64,000 bases of DNA from Basidiobolus meristosporus CBS 931.73. Taxonomy: Eukaryota; Fungi; Basidiobolomycota. The stretch covers positions 1 through 64,000 of the forward strand of contig MCFE01000089.1 in NCBI GenBank assembly GCA_002104905.1. Reading direction: 5' to 3'. Shown one piece after another: positions 47,100 through 60,355 of this stretch (position 1 is the stretch's first letter; each line of letters opens with the position of its first letter). The translations under genes and the position numbers were made by a program. The notes under the pieces were generated by a model, which saw only the letters and a list, made by a program, of their open reading frames with translations, searched no databases and was not told the origin of the DNA.

Positions 47100-50000
47100 T
47101 CTTGACAATCTTATAACAGGATCACAACGGTGTTTTGCTAATTTTACTACCAAATAAAGTTATAAAACTTGAATGGGTTTGATTGGTGCTATTACAATAG
47201 TTGCATAATATTGTTGCAGTCTTGATGCTCTCTGCAACTATTTTAAATGTATCTAACCAGCCAGGACATGCAATTACCTTAAATGGCAAAAAACTTGACG
47301 GTATGTCAATGGTATCACTGCAACACTCTGATGGCATTATTATGGCACAATGATGTCCTACAGCCAGTGTTATATAATGCTACTGTACCAACTTACCAAA
47401 TGACATCTCCTTTTTCTACCTCCCCTTGCGCAATTGATATGTACCACTTCAGAATCACCCCTCTTCAATTGCTTACCCACCACTACATTGAGTATTCTGC
47501 ATATAGCTTGAATCAAAAAAGAATTTTAGCCTCCTGCTTACTAACCTCTATAAACATGCACACCAGCTGCAAATGACATACTTCTATCACCTCAACTTTA
47601 CAGCTTTTTAGTGTGATACAAGCAAAGTTGCCAAATACCTTGTACTTCTGGTAACATATACATCTTGCAAACATATGTTTGGTTGTTGCCACTCCTGCCA
47701 TGAATACTTCCTGAATATCCACCAAGAACTATTTGGTATTTAGCCAATATATTCATTCTCCCTGATGGACTCTAGTCCACCTTATAAGTGCGCTGTGGCT
47801 CTTGTTTGTGTGAGCTCTATATTGTATGGTGTAGAAGTCAGCTTGTGACAGTGAGAAATCTGGCATATCTTTATAGAGTTTCCTAATAAGAATTAGCTGT
47901 TTGTTGCACCCAACCCAACTTTGCATTACTTAACTGATTACCATGCATTGGGGCTGCATAGCTTCTTAATGCCATAGGCATAGGTGTCTGTATGTGCACA
48001 TCTGTCCTAAGTGTTTTCCAGCTCTACCTGGCTGTCCTCCATGTAGCAACTCATCACATCCATGACGGACTTGAAGGTAATATTGTTGACAAGATTGAGA
48101 TATAGTGGTACCTGCAACTTGACTTGTCTTCCTATCTCCCCAAACATATGCTTGTAGGAAACTTCTATAAGGTGAAGCATGGCCCTATATTATCCACACA
48201 CCAAGCAAGATGGAGTAGAGAATGAATCCAGTAGCAGCAGAGATCTACGCATTGTGGCGGTGTAGAGGTACTTCAGGGAGAAGCTACACTACTTAAGGTG
48301 TGTGTGATGTCTGATAGGTGCAATAACCACTGGGTCTAAACTGCTAGTGTCTTTGTCAATATATCACTATGTAAAAGCTCCTGCTTCTCTAGATTCCTAG
48401 GTGCTCCAAGTGTCTCCAAAGGCCTCTGTGTGGCTTGTGCACTACCTTGAAAAGCTCCTTGATGGCAGGTCTGAGGTGTAACTATTGAAGGTGGGTGCAG
48501 TGATCAACTGCTAATCAATAAGGGAGAAGCGCTACTCATAGAAGGGAGGATTTATTGATGAGGGATTGACTTCCCTGAAATACTTTACATTATTGCCAAG
48601 TGATTATTAATGAAAAGGTTCTATAAGATTCCAGACATCAGTGGAATTCTTAATAACATCAGTATGATCTAAAAATACTCAAACAAGGCTGTGGAAGGTT
48701 CTAAAAGGCACAGCACATCCAACCAATCAGGGATCAGTAGTCTGAGACCTGAGCAACATAGAGATACCTTATATTGCATTGAAATGGTAGGGATGGTAAC
48801 ACAGACTTGGCTCATGTGTCACAAGTACTGATGCGGGTACTTGTCTGATGTAGATACACATACTGATCACAAAGCTGAATAACATCTGGGATAACTAATG
48901 CTAATAACTAATCAGGGTAAACATCATATGGGGATAATTCTAATAATTAGGGCAAAAGAAGAATGGGATGATACTGATAAGATAAAATATGAATAAGTGC
49001 ATCATAATAGCAATGGGAATAAACCTGTCTGTGGGAGGTATGTTTATCCTACCACAGCATTCAGCTTAATGTTTGTAGTATAGCCACTCAAATCCCATAC
49101 AAACTCCTTGCACAACAGCTGTAGATGTGTCAAGTTGACATTGGTGATCTGCTTCTGGATAAATACTCCTACAATGTTCACATATGACTCCCAATGCTTC
49201 CAATGTACCCTTGGAAGGAATGGCTTCAGAGTGCCACATCAATAAATGCATATCCAGCTCATCAAGTCTTTGCATTTGTATTGTTGCATATGTATATGAA
49301 TATTGATTGGAGCCCATGAGGAGTACTTAGGGTATCAGATACTCTACAATATTTGCCAATTCTTTCAGATTTCTCTGGTATTTCAAATAGATCATTTAGC
49401 TTGAAATGCTCCATTTACAACTTGGTCACTAGTATAGGGATACTGTTAAAAAGCAAATGCATTGCTCCCAGTGGAAAGCTTTTGCTCCATCAGACACCCT
49501 CTATGTTAAGTATCTCCGGTTCCCTAATGGTTCCATATTCCAGCCAATGGCCTATAGCTTGCCAACTTTTCTGCAAATGCATGCTGACATCTGTTTGTTC
49601 TCTCTGTGGTAAGATGATGTTCTTAGTGTTGGTGTTTAGGTAATAATAATGTGTGTGATTTATGGAGTAAATCCCCGAGATTGCATACATCCAACAGCAA
49701 TACCATACATTGTGCCCAGAAATCCCGCTATCCTGCTGATGTCTGGGGTATCTCTAATGCAGATAATAATATGCACTTTTACATGATGGCCATATACTGT
49801 CATCCTACTGGAAAGCACAAAAAATTCATCCAGCAATGGATACAGGTAGCTATCCTGGTAGGACAGTGATTCAGGCCCAAATACCAGTAAGACTACCATT
49901 GGATTTTTGCTCTGATATGGTAAGATGAGCAGCATATTCAGATTGATGAGAATCAGTGGCCAGTAGGATTTGCTGGTAGAGTACTTGTTAAATGGGAATC

Positions 50001-50650
50001 CATCAAGTGCTAAGGCCAAGGCATAGTCATATATATCATCAGAGTAGCCCTTGCTTCTTAGCTGTTTGCAATGTTTGCCATCAAACATATCAGATATGTT
50101 TGCGCTTGATTAATACTGAGTGCAGTACTGTACAACTTTGCAATGTTTGTTGAACTGCATTAGCTTCTTTAGATGGGGTATTACTGGAATATATCTGGAG
50201 TGTGAATAATGTTTTCCCTCCATGGCGGTGGATTTCTGACAAGTTGGACATGAGTCAATGGTAGCATTTTTGGATGTGAATGCCATGTAACTGTTAGCAC
50301 ATGCTTAAATCAGGACAGTCTCTAGGTCATATGTTGCCAGCTGCATGATGGTTGTCCACTTGTACCATGTACATGGTAAGTTGCATCCTGAAATGATTTT
50401 GGGAAGAAGTAGTAATGAATTGTCAAAGCCCCCATTACTGATATTAGTGGAAATGCACCACTTCTCTAGCCATAACATTATATCATTCACCAGTAGATGG
50501 ATTACTGGGCTCACTTGGCTCCATAAAGTATTGTAGGCATTTGTCTCAGTGGATGTTGTCTCATTGCATATTGAGATCTGACTGGGCTCATGCATGGTAC
50601 TCTTGTTAAGGGAGATAGACTCACAATCCATCAGTGAGCCTTCTCTGTCA
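47100..50650 (-). mobile_element. Degenerate En/Spm/CACTA-like (Tnp2) transposase region, interrupted by repeat B
   Basis: MFDGKHCKQL...ALALDGFPF...SYWPLILINLN...FGPESL...YLYPLLDEF...RDTPDISRIAG; PLGAMHLL; NIGPCF...FP. Termini not found. Confidence 0.7.
48370..49056. repeat. Repeat family B copy 2 (LTR-like, TG...CA)
   Basis: Begins TGTAAAAG, ends CCTACCACA; homologous to 41960-42637; no TSD match. Confidence 0.6.
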
Positions 50651-51439
50651 GAGCTATCACTCTGTAGCCATATTCAGGAGGCTGAGGTGAGGCTAAAGGC
50701 ATCCCAAACTCACCAGACTCAGCTTGTGCAAGGCTACAAAGACAGTCAGGTGCCAATATAGGAGTATCAATTGGCTGGCAAGACAGTGTTAGTACAGTAA
50801 CAACTGATGAATAGTCAAATATGACTTGTGTGGCAAAACACTGGCCATGATCCTTGCAATACCTTCTATGCTGTCTGCATGCTTCATGACTGAGAAGCTT
50901 GCTACAATAGCCACATGGTTTTTTTCTCTTCTCTTACTGTGTCAAATCAAACTAGTCTTGCCCATGAGGTATACAGTTTGACATTCAACAACCTATTGTT
51001 AATATATCACTTTTTGGTCAATACTCTTGTGAATTTAAGACACTCTTGTATTTGAGACATTACACCTAAATGAATGTAAGATTCAATGATGACCTGCCAT
51101 AGTAACCATTATCAATAAAGATGTGGCACCACATACACACATATATGCAACACTCTTTCCCCTTTGGTTTGATTCACTTCCATGTATATGCCACCAAAAA
51201 ATAAAGTAAAGTTGGCTGGTTCTCAGCTAAACCCCACTGCTGATGGCAACAGAAGAACAGTTGGACAACAGCTTGCTTTGACATTCCGTGCAACAAGCAG
51301 GTCTTCATCCAAAAAAGACCCTGTGGACAGTGTTCCCATTGAAGGTAATAATTCAGACTCCTCAGGCTCTTAGTCAAGTAAGCAATTGAGAACCTCTGCG
51401 GAGCCACAAGCTGACCATTAAACTCAGGCAGATGAGAAT

Positions 51440-51910
51440 GTGGCAAATGCAGTACCCCCAGTTGAAGACCTGCAAGTAGCTGTCATAACAATACCACCAC
51501 CCATATTAGCAAGTATGTTGTCAGCTCATATCAAAGCATTAGTGAAGCAATCAGGTGCAGTGGCTGATAGGATAGATGTAATGGCTCAGAGAAATCAGGA
51601 AGTAGTCAAGAAACAGGATGAGTGGATAAAATGTGTAGAGCAATTAATATCCCAGATAGAGAAAGCTGTATCCTTGCTGCAGAGAAGGAACTCAAGTATC
51701 ACAATGTTACAGCCAAGAATTGAGCCATTTCTCAGTGTAACAGCAAAGGAACACTATACAGTCTTTGAAGCACAACAGCAGTGCCTAAAGATAAAGCACA
51801 CAGAGAAGCCTATCACAGTGTGGGAGGGAGACAATGTGGTGTTTATATCAAAGCCTAAAAATCAAAGGACATTGAAGATCCATGCAGCTGTTGAGTGCAA
51901 AAATGAATAG
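51440..51910 (+). other. Unassigned ORF remnant (coiled-coil-like), probably TE-derived
   Basis: 156-codon frame inside the CpG-depleted block; no family recognised. Confidence 0.25.
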
Positions 51911-51989
51911 TGGGCTAATATTCAAAAGGCCATCAAATGTCCAGCACACCATTACCTTAAGGCCAGCATATAATGAGACTATCAAGAAC

Positions 51990-54900
51990 TCAAAGCATGA
52001 TCCAAGCATTATATAATTCAGACTGCTGGCCATAGATTGATAAGGAAAGTCAGGACTTACTGATAGCACCAAGCTCTCTTGGTTTGGTTGAGTTTTGACC
52101 AAGTTGAGGGTTGTCTCATTTGGGGTTGTTTCCTGTTCACAGTCTTCCAATTGGCACTTCTTTAGTATATCTGGAATGTAATTGCATTGTCTTAGGTTTA
52201 TAGTCTGGGTACTTCTGTCTATGGAAAACTTTATCACTAAGTAGCAACTGAGCTCTCCTATATTGGACATCTTTAACTCCCTTGATAGACTGGATGTAGT
52301 TTCTTCCAATATTTCTAGGTTATTGGTGGCTATAATAAGATCATCTGCATATAGAGCTAATAGAGCTGGACTTGCTCTATCTGGCCTACAGTCTTCACTA
52401 TAGTCAGCATTATTCCCTTTGTAAGTCAAAGATTCCAAATAAGAATTTATCTTGCAACTACAGGCTCTTAGTGATTGTTAGGAATCATATAGAGGTTATT
52501 TAAGCTAGCAGACCAACTGGGGGTTATTTTGGTCCACAAACCCATTAGACTGATTCATATACACATCCTCATCAAGTTCTATACTCAAAAATGCAGCTTT
52601 TGCTTCCATCAGATTGATAAAGGACTTACATTTAGCTGTAATTGCAAATACTAATCCATGGATTCAAACTTGGCTACCAGTGCAAAGGTCTTGGTAAAGT
52701 CAAGTCCTTTTGTCTGAGATTATTCTTTAGTCACAAGTCTTGCTTTGTATTCTTCAATTGTACCATCAACTTGTACTTTGTCTTAAAAACCCATCAGCAT
52801 TCAATTGATTTTTGATTGGTAGGTATACTGACCAAGTCCCAAACTAAATATTCCATTAAGGTCTGGTATTCCTCAGTCATTGCAGATCTCCAAAACTTTG
52901 TCTGAGGGCTATTTAGGGCCTCTTTACATTCTGGGGATCATCTATATGAACTAAACCAGCACAGGCTAAGTTTGTACCCTCATTGATACAGTAGTTTGGG
53001 CTATCACTTGTCCAATTGGATCTCTTGGCTTTTGATTTCTGGAATGATCACCTCTAGGATGTTCCTGAGCACTAAATCAGGCTGAACTGTGGTTGTTGAG
53101 TCCACTGTTTGAAAAAATTTCATTGTTTTGCTCTGAATTAATACTGACAATGGGTGAACTGGCACACAGATTCTTGTCTCCATATATTTTAATTTTTTGT
53201 GAAAATTTTGATTTTCATTTAACATCACATCCCTGGACCTAATCATCTTCTTTGCTCTAGTATTGTGGAGTCTGTATCCTTTACTCTCATTGCAGTGAGC
53301 AAAAATATACATTTTATACTTTTTGGCTTAAATTTTGACTGGTTTCCAGGCTTTTTCTTGGCATATACTCTACACCCAAGTATTCTTAGATATTCAGCAC
53401 TTGGCTATCAATCCATACCATGCTTCAAATAGAGTAGAATCACAAAGTATTATGTTATAACTCCTGCTGTTAATGCATATAGTTATAGCAGCTGATTTCA
53501 CTCAACAATCATATGATAATTTTTTATCATGGACTATTGATCTTGCCATATCAATTATTGATCTGTTTGCATGTTCTGCTACACCACTTTGCTGTGAGGA
53601 GCATGGTACAGTACTCTCTTGTTTTATCCCATGAATTTTGCAGAAGTGGATGAAGAGTTTTGAGGTATATTCTTCACCATTGTCCAAGCAGATTTTCTTG
53701 ATTTTTTCACCAGTGTCTCTCTCCACCATGGCTTTAAACTCCCTGAGCTTAGACAGAGCTTCTTCCTTTCTCTTCATGAAGTAGACCCATGTGTATCTTG
53801 TATAATCATCAAGAAAAGTGATTAAATACTTCTTCCCACCTAAGGATAAATCTTGCATAGGTCCACACAGATCTGAGTGAATTAGATCTAATTTTTTCTT
53901 AGTTTTGATTAACCCAGAGCTCTTGAATGGTTGTCTGACTTGCCTCCCATATATGCAGGCTTCACAGTGCTCAAAATTAGTGGGGGAGCAATTTTTACTC
54001 TGAGAATTAGCTGATCCTTTGTCATTTTGAACAAATAATCAGTATTGATATGCCCAAATCTCCTGTGCCAAAGCATTAATATTTCTTCAATTAAAAGACT
54101 TATATTGGCTACCAGATATGATAGAGTATAAGTCAACTTGTTTGGATTCTGATCTCTGATACCCAAAGCAATAAAGGGACCATTTTCATCAGTTATCCTG
54201 CCTTCTGATTGTCAAAGCTGAGGCTGTGTCCTTCTGCTGTGGCCTTGTTTACAGATAGTAGGTTCTTGGCTAATCTTGTACATAGGGTTCTTTTTTAAAG
54301 GTAAAAGTATGGCTTCCTGCACCGCTTCAAAGATTTACTTGGATGGTTCCTTCTCTCACTGCATCAACTGTTCAATTGTCACCCAAGTAAACCTTATTGA
54401 TTGGAATCTCTTAATAGTGGATTAAAAGCACTTGTTGGAGTGTAAACAGTTGAGATACTCCAGAATCAATGAGACAAGTCTGAGAATATTGGTTTATGAT
54501 CATATTTATTACAGTTGTGAATAGTACAGCTTTGGTTGCTGCAGCATTTCCATTTTCAGGCTTCCTTTGCTAATTATTGCTTTACTTGAAGCACCTGTCT
54601 GATATGTGTCCTTTCTATTTGCAGTAGTTGGAAAACAGGTTGCTGTTGCCTTTCAATGGTCTTGAGAGCCTATGTTGTGGGATATCATTGCAAATTAGCT
54701 CATTTTCATCCTTCTTATTGGTGCTTGATATTCTTTATTCTCTATCCAGGAGCCTTCCAAATACAAAACATGAGGTCAGATCTTCAGTTCTGGACTCTTG
54801 GGCTGATACAAGGCCCTTAAACCTGTCTCTCAGACTACTCAGTATTGTTACAATCACATCTCCTGGCAGTATCCTCTTAGTACAGAATTAATAACTTAAA

Positions 54901-55598
54901 TGCATTTTTGTAGCAGCTGAGCATGACTGGAATGTATCTTCTGATACCATGCAGACATTCTGTGCAGCTTTTGCTCTTGATTGTTAAATTAGCACTTTGG
55001 CTTTGACATCAAGGCAAATGCAGTTTATGGCACTTTGTTCTTTCTTCTAAAACTTTAAGGCCTCCTTTTGCAGGTCTTTAGGAAGGCATTCTTTTCTGTG
55101 ATAATATTCCAAAGGCAACTTTCATTTAGCTGCATTGTCATCTTCACCTTCAACACCTGGTATTCAGATCCATCCCACTTTTTAGCAGAGGGAAAAATTC
55201 TAGTAATAGCAGTAATGGATATTGCAGAGAGAAACAGCTAGGGCTCATAACCTGATGCAAGAATCATATCAATGTTGGAAGTGACTGGGCAATCAAGTAG
55301 ATTAAGTGATTTTCAATTAATTATTTACTGTATATAAGTGTAGTGTTTTACTTTGACATAGTCTTGGCATAAAAAACACTTGGAACAGGCTCATGTAGGC
55401 CCCAAAAGCATGTGTGCAAAGTTTAGGGCTGTTCTGACAGCTTATCTCATTTTCATATACTTAGTATCTAATATATTGGTGAAAATATTCTGAATAAATC
55501 TCAACAAGGAATTGGTCTGTATTCTCTGGGGTTCAAAGGTAAGGATCAAGTTACTAAGTTAGGTGAATATTTAGGTGTATTTTCAAGCTTTTACAACA
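51990..55598 (-). mobile_element. Copia family A element A2: 5' LTR (55253-55598), PBS, gag, protease, integrase, RT; 3'-truncated
   Basis: PBS GGTTATGAGCCC (55252-55241); DNGEEYTS...QQSGVAEHANRSI; GYRLHN; LYADDLII...KMSNIGEL; FPYQSMASSLNY. Many stops. Confidence 0.9.
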
Positions 55599-55781
55599 GG
55601 AATTACTAAAGCTCATTAGCTGCACTCAGAATTACCATGTAAATGGGGGTATGCAGCCTTAAATACAATGGTCTTGGGCATCTTTCCATCTGAATATAGT
55701 ACTATGTAGTGCCATATCATGAGAGTTGGGGATGGATTATCCTGTTGAGTGCCAAATTAGGATCAGGGTTAACCTTGATAT

Positions 55782-56129
55782 TGGTGGAAAAGACTGTAAC
55801 TGCACCTAAGCACTCACCTTGATTGGTCACTTAGACCAGTATCTACAAATCTTAGATAATCCTGGCCAGTATCCTTGTTGGGATTTACATGATATATTTT
55901 CACCATATTGTCAGGTCCTTAAAACCTGAGGTTTCTCAGTGTTGTCCAGCAGCCCCAAACCTTGCTCACATATACTTGGGATAATTATAAGCTCATACCC
56001 TTGTTTGTTTTCCCCAAGACCAGATAAAAGTTTAAATACTACCTTTGCATTAAGTAAATCAATAGGTGAGAGTCAGATAAGCTGCATATTCTCCCAATCA
56101 CTTTAAGTATATCTAAAACTCTCACAACA
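55782..56129 (+). repeat. Copia family A LTR in opposite orientation
   Basis: 348 bp; reverse complement alignable to 40853-41199; flanks GATAT/AGCTA do not form a TSD. Confidence 0.75.
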
Positions 56130-56259
56130 AGCTAAGAGTCCTGAGTAATCACTCTACAGATTGTCCACCATTGCTATTTCTGGAACTTCTCCCTTAGCTG
56201 AAAAGTTGTACAATTATAGTTACAAAGTGAGGAAGTCAAACAAGAGGTTGCTGTTACAA

Positions 56260-57010
56260 TAAAGAGGCTATTGGAATATTGTTGTAGCAGAAGAAGACCT
56301 TTCTTGAGGCTTAGGAGAAGAGCCCCTAATGTACCAAAAGCAAGAACACAGTTCCTTTAACTGCATTTGACTTAATGTCAAAGTCAATTTAACACTGAAG
56401 AGCAAAAATGACAAAGAATGCCAGCAATAAATTAGAAGACACCTACCAATCATGTTCAGATGCTGCAAGAATTCATCTTGGGTAAGAATTTCTTACTGCA
56501 AGGATGCTGCCAGGAGAAGAAATGACAAGCCCAAAATATATAACTACCATGCTAATTGAAGAGATGGTGTTTGTAGGAGTGCAAACTACTGGTGTAGTTG
56601 GGATAGTTACTCTCCTAAATAGCCTGATAGGTGGGTTCCAGGGCCTTCTCTCAGCTCAAGAATCCAGAACTGGAAATATAATACTAAATTATGTGTATGG
56701 TGTCATGGTCACATGACATCCCTGGTCTCCAATGTTCAAGCTAAATCAAGTTGGTGCAAAAGTACTGCTACTACTCTTTTATTCAATTGGTCATTAAGTG
56801 AAACCCACATAATCTACTTGATGTTCTAATCCCCTCCAGTATCCACATGACTCTTACCACAGACTACAAGCCCCAAGCTGTCACTCTCTGCAAGGTTTAC
56901 TACTGCTATTGCTGGCATTTTTCCCTCTGCTGAATATGTGGATGAATCTAACTGCCAAGTTTGGAAGATGAAGATGGAGAGCTGCTACAGAAAATTGGCC
57001 TTTAGGATAC
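56260..57010 (+). mobile_element. Copia family A fragments (gag; partial LTR, decayed PBS and gag start)
   Basis: Homologous to A1 gag; CCCAAGCTGTCACTCTCTGCA follows the LTR end at 56861. Confidence 0.75.
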
Positions 57011-57019
57011 TGTTGGGGA

Positions 57020-58593
57020 TAAAGAAATCAAGAAGATAATTCAGGATGAAGCCAGCAAGTTTGTATTACAGGATGAAACACTCTCCCAAGCTGTTGATGG
57101 AAGCACTATTGTCTATTGCCCTTATGCTGATTACCTAAATTTATCACATAAGCTACACAGTGGAAATGGACAACTTAGAATTGAAGGAACCTATAGTCTT
57201 GTGAAAGCCAGGGCATGGTGGCCCAGAATGAGACAAGACATTGAGAAGCTAGTGAAAACATGCCCAAATTGCCAAATCAACCAAGGCCTAACACAGAGAA
57301 ATGCCAAAATCTTACCCTTGGAGCCTATAAGACCATTTGAAAGATGGGAATGGCTCTATTAGTAAATTGCTAACCGCAAGGAAATGCAACCATTGGATTG
57401 TAGTATCAATTGACCATGCCACAAAATGGCCAGTGGCTAGAGCTGTACCTGTAACCAGTGCACAAGCAGTTGCAAGTCTCATCTACAATGAGATGCTTGT
57501 AAAATTTGGATGCCCAGCAGAAATTTTAGCTAATGGAGGAGTAAACTTTATGGCAAAGACATTCAAAGCTCACCTGAAAATGCAACAGATCAAACACTTG
57601 AAAATGATGGCATATCACCTAAAAACTAATGGAGTCACAGTGTGGTTTTATGAATTATTTCCAAAAAAACTCACCCAGTCTGCAAATGGAGCTGTCAGTA
57701 AATGGGATGACTATGTAGACCAAGCACTTTTTACCTGCGGAGTAACAGCACATAACACTACTCAACTGTTGCCAATTTAGTTTGTGTATGAATGTGAACC
57801 AGGGATTTCAGGAGATCTCATACATCCAAAGCTTACAAATACCTTCAAAAATGAACTTAGTCAGTCAAGTAAACACCTGCAACTAGAACAATACTGTCAA
57901 CAGACACAGGCCAAAGTATCCCACAGTGCAGAAAAGAAGAAGCAGAGATTTGATAACGCTACATGACTAGAAACCTTGAAAGTTGGGAACTTTGTATTGC
58001 CAAGAAACAACACTTGGATGATATTTGAGCAACAATAGATGGTACCTTTCAAGATCATTGGAAAATGTCAATTTGCAACTAACCAACCATTGGACAAACA
58101 AGAGAATATTGGGGAAAATTTAGTTCATAGAGAAAGACGCAAGCTTGCAAGACTTGCCAACAATACTGTGCCATCTAGATATTGGTATCATAAGAAAAGA
58201 GATTCAGGAGAACCCTCTCAACTTTGGTAGGGGAGAATGTTATGATTTCCCACTTGAATGTTTAAGCTAAATCAGTTGTTAGTCAAATTAGTGAGCTTTA
58301 TGTTTAGCCAATCAGTATATCAGTGTGATTTATCAAGTCAGTATTATCAGTCAGCAGATAAATCTGCACATCCTTATCACACAAAAGTAGATATATTAAG
58401 TAGGAACAAATCAAGCAATGATGTGTCATCAAATGAGCTATCAGCCACAACCTATATTTTAAAATACAACCAGTCAGCAGGTGATCTGGTAAAATGAAAA
58501 TAAAAAGTTGCAGGAACCTCTATAAAAATTAGATCAAGTCTTAGTGAATGCAATATTAGCTCAGCTCCCTATTCCTCTACAACTCTTATAGCA
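57020..58593 (+). mobile_element. Ty3/Gypsy 3' part: integrase, PPT and putative 3' LTR (58238-58593)
   Basis: WWPRMRQDIEKLVKTCPNCQ (HHCC); IDHATKWPVARAV...KFGCPAEILANGGVNF...AYHLKTNG...WDDYVDQALF; GGTAGGGGAGAA followed by TGTTATGA. Confidence 0.85.
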
Positions 58594-58617
58594 AATCTTG
58601 GAATACAAGCAAGCCAT

Positions 58618-58944
58618 ATGATTATAGATAAAAAGTTATTTGTAACTGTACAAGAGAGTGCATGTAGCCAAGGTAATGAATGGTATTTTGACTATGGAGC
58701 ATCAAAGCATATTTGCCATATAATAATGTGGCTCAGCAACTTAAAGATCATTCTTGAAAGAAATGTTTTTCTGGGAGACAACTCTGCACTAGGAGCTACC
58801 GCCAGTGTGTCTACACAGCTAAAGTCTATAAGTCTAAATATTGGTGATATCTCAGAGGCTACAACAGTTAAACTGACGGACATACTCTTTGTGACTGGAA
58901 TGGCCAAGAACCTGCTCCCACTGGGTAAAGAAGCCAATCACTGA
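58618..58944 (+). mobile_element. Copia family D protease fragment
   Basis: LFVTVQES...EWYFDYGASKHIC...FLGDNSAL...GMAKNLL; homologous to 63560-63850. Confidence 0.85.
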
Positions 58945-59000
58945 TCAAAAATGCAGGAGCTAGTTGACTCAACATATAGAGGAAACCAACAAGCTGTAGA

Positions 59001-60355
59001 TGGTGAAATATTGGACTATTTGGTATTGCTCAGCAGCTAAAAATTTACCTAACAATTCTAAGTTTGTCTGGTCACTGTAGGACTGACCTACAGCCCTAAC
59101 TTTGCCAGTTACTTTGGATCTATGATCCTATGACTTTTCCCCATAGACAAGATTGAACTAACACCTTTGACCAAATATTATTTATAGCCCTGAAACTGCT
59201 GCAGAATGCTCCTGAGTGTTGAAAACCCCTCCTTACTTGGCATTACAGCTATATTACTTCTGCAAAGATATAAATACCAACCCTCCTTATGATTAAGCAA
59301 CAGTTCAACTATTATCACTACTTCTTAATAAGTTCCTTATATGTAGATCACTTTGTAAGTTGCAACAGGTTATGAGCCCTGAGTGCCTTAATCCACTCTT
59401 AAGATGACCTCCACCAGCAAGCTGAACAATACAAGCATCTTCCCTGTAAAGAAGAGGTTTGAAGGTAAGAACTACAGACTTTAGAGAATCAAACTGCAGA
59501 TTCACCTTGAGGAAAGAAAACTTTGTAATATAGTAGCAGGAAAGAAGTTAAGCCCAAAGGAGCAGCAGAAGAAGTGGAGAAGTTTCAAGAGAACCAATAA
59601 AAGGCCTTTAATGCCATATGTATAAATTTGCAAGATTTGTTCTTTGGACAAATACATGCCTTAAATACTGCAAAAGCAGCATGACAATCCTTAGAAAAGA
59701 TACTCAGAGCAAAGTCAGCATCAAGCAAGCTTTATTTGAATTAAGAGTACTTCAACTTGAGGAAGTAGCAAGATGATGACATGCTACAACTCATTACCAC
59801 AATGGGACACTTGCAGAAGAACTTTACAGTATCAATGCTGGTGTAGATGATGAGAAAAAACTCTGTCCGCTTTGCAGCTTACTAGACAGGTATGAGCAAG
59901 TCATACTTTCTTTTGAGAGCAGAGAAGACAACTTGACTTTAAACAAGGTCAAAGGAAGACTTCTCCACAAAGAACTCAGTGTAATTTTCAAGTAGAGAAG
60001 ATTGAAGACAATGCTTTATTCAGCTCAGAAAGGTACACAGCAAAGAACACAAAGCAACAAAATCAAAGAAAACCTGGCTGCTGTAACCACTGTAAGAAGC
60101 CAGGACACTGGGCAAGGTAATGCCTAGAAGAAACAAGCAGAAAAAAAACGGAAACTGGAGCAGGCAAATGTTATAACTACTTGTGAGCATTTATTTGTAA
60201 CTGTAAAAAAAAAGTGCATGTGACCAATGTAATGCATGGTATACTGATTCTAGAGCATAAAAGCATACTTGTGATATAAAGGAGTGATTCAGCAACTCAA
60301 AGACTAATCCTGCAAAGAAGATTTATTTGGGAGACAACGCTGCACTGGAAGCTAC
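59001..60355 (+). mobile_element. Copia family D element D1: 5' LTR (59001-59367), PBS, decayed gag-protease, interrupted by D2
   Basis: LTR is the reverse complement homolog of 60356-60724; PBS GGTTATGAGCCCTG (59368-59381); gag RFEGKNYRL; knuckle CNHCKKPGHWA; ends in YLGDNAALEAT. Confidence 0.88.
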
